Assembly (NCBI GenBank): GCA_002269645.1
Contig: NIVC01002735.1
Coordinates: 62,001-126,000 of the forward strand
Reading direction: 5' to 3'
DNA length: 64,000 nt
Source of the DNA: Macrostomum lignano
Lineage: Eukaryota
Under the pieces are notes generated by a model. That model ran no database searches, was not told the origin of the DNA, and worked only from the letters and a program-made list of their open reading frames with translations. Shown here piece after piece: positions 62,446 through 64,000 of this stretch. The stretch's first letter is position 1; every line of letters starts with the position of its first letter. A program made the position numbers and the translations under genes.

Positions 62446-63370
62446 CATTAAAACAACAATTCAAATGTTTAAAACAAAAAGGGTAGGCCTACCTTTTCAA
62501 ACAAATATTATTAGTTTGAACAAAAATATTTTATCAGTTAAAACAACAATTTATATTTATCTTTGTAATAGCAATAATTCATAAAGTGCCTACTTCAGTA
62601 TTGACAACAAAATTAAAAATTAAAGCTTTAAAAGTATTTTAAATAATTTGCCTTTTAATTATAAAATTGCATGTATATTTGTATGTTTAGTATTTCTCTT
62701 ATTAATTCTATGTCTATAATTCTATATTTCTATAATAGATTTCTCTATATTATCTAAACCTATTAGAATCACTAAGTATATCAATGAAATTAGTCTATGT
62801 ATACTTTAAGACTTATTTCATAAGTGCTAATATTGTGTAAACAAAGATAATGTTGCATTATCTAGCCTTAGCATATTTGATATCAACTTTAAAGTCTATT
62901 TTTGCTATCAGATCATATTTGTTTATTTTAAATTAATAAATATATTTACTTTGTAGTGTCAAAATGATTTTGTATATACACAAATTTCTCCTAAAGTATA
63001 ATATTTTATTGCTGATCAACAATAGATTTATAAAAGTTTGTTTATTATTTGAAAGAAAAAAATAATGCTTATTAATTCTATGACCTTTTTTGGTTGTTTG
63101 TGATTTTGTCACTAAAGCACTAAACCAGTTCTCGAATTGTGCCAATTTGATGATTTATAGTTTACAAACTGGCAAATATTCAATGTAGTTGCATATCTCG
63201 TTTGAAAATGATTTCAAGACAGACCTATACTTAGGCAATTAGGTAGTCTTGGCAATGTTAAATTAGCCTATAGTGGCTGCACAACACTCCAGCGCGACAC
63301 TATTGAGCAGCTTGAGTTGCAGCAGCAGCAGCGGCAGCCGGAACTCCCCAGCCCAGGCCAGCAGGCTGAC

Positions 63371-64000
63371 ATGACCAGCAGCGAGAGCGGCCTTGGCGGC
63401 CTGGGAGTCTGGCGCCGGTGGAGCATCGGCCTTGTCCCGGACTACCAGCAGTCCTTGGCCAGCCTCTGCTCCGCTGTCCGGCAGCGGGCCGCCGCGCTGC
63501 TCCTGCTGCCCGCTTGGACTGGCGCGCCTTCGGCCGGCCAGGCCTCGCTGTCCGAGTCGCCTTTTCTAGACGGCGAGATCGTCTACTCGCACAACAACGT
63601 CTGTGTGCACATCGAGCAGCCGTCCGGCTCGGACACGGCGCACCACCTGGGCTACCTGTGCATCGTCAGCCGCGTGCGGCCGGCCGGCCACACCGAGTTC
63701 CTGCTCAAATGGACGCCCAACGTCAAGCTGTCCAGGCAGATGAGCGCCGAGTCCACCGCCTCCGTGGCGACCGCCTCCGACGCCTCGGACGCCACCGTCC
63801 GGTCGGCGCCGCCGCGGATCCCCGGCTCGGCCGCGCCGCCCGGCGTCTTCCTGTGCAACCTGATGCACTCCGGCTGCGTGCTGGTCTGCCCCGGTCACGT
63901 GATCGTGCGCAGCCCCGAGTCCCAGCTGAAGATCTTCCACTTCCACAGCGGAAGCGGCGGCGGCGGCGGCACGGAGGCCATCGAGCGCCTGCTGGCCGGA
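63371..64000 (+). CDS. TBC1D16: TBC1D16-like protein, second copy, 5' part of exon 1 (truncated by window end)
   Basis: ATGACCAGCAGCGAG at 63371. About 99% identical to the reverse complement of 3162-3791. Confidence 0.85.
   Translation, partial: MTSSESGLGGLGVWRRWSIGLVPDYQQSLASLCSAVRQRAAALLLLPAWTGAPSAGQASLSESPFLDGEIVYSHNNVCVHIEQPSGSDTAHHLGYLCIVSRVRPAGHTEFLLKWTPNVKLSRQMSAESTASVATASDASDATVRSAPPRIPGSAAPPGVFLCNLMHSGCVLVCPGHVIVRSPESQLKIFHFHSGSGGGGGTEAIERLLAG

Larger units (their letters stand above)
37373..64000. repeat. Right arm of the giant inverted duplication (continues past window end)
   Basis: Starts TCTCTGTGCCTGTGCCTGTGCTTGTGCACTTCC, the reverse complement of ~33346-33378. Ends inside the TBC1D16-like exon, mirroring ~3162. 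Confidence 0.97.

Overview
Eukaryotic (animal) genomic DNA with GC-rich exons, AT-rich intergenic DNA and dense minisatellites. The style resembles a Macrostomum-like flatworm, which is inference only. The window is dominated by one giant inverted duplication: left arm ~3162-33378 is the reverse complement of right arm 37373-64000+. A ~4 kb spacer separates the arms and ends in a 795-N gap (36578-37372). Genes present in both arms: a TBC1D16-like RabGAP that appears to lack both catalytic fingers (complete 3-exon copy on the left, 5' part on the right), an orphan fibrinogen-domain exon, an intronless SKP1 paralogue, a single-pass membrane protein exon, and a divergent Nuclear Factor I (NFI/CTF) gene. 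The NFI exons splice in phase into an ~800-aa model, but its first coding exon is seen only once, in the spacer. Also present: a Ty3/gypsy integrase relic, two hAT-like MITEs (one in the left arm only), a tRNA-derived SINE (right arm only), tRNA-like relics and more than a dozen tandem arrays. Arm divergence is mosaic, from near-identity at 27-33 kb to roughly 10% by eye in distal AT-rich DNA. Whether this is a real palindrome or two haplotypes/homeologs scaffolded head-to-head cannot be decided from this sequence alone. All family assignments are from remembered motifs; no database searches were run.
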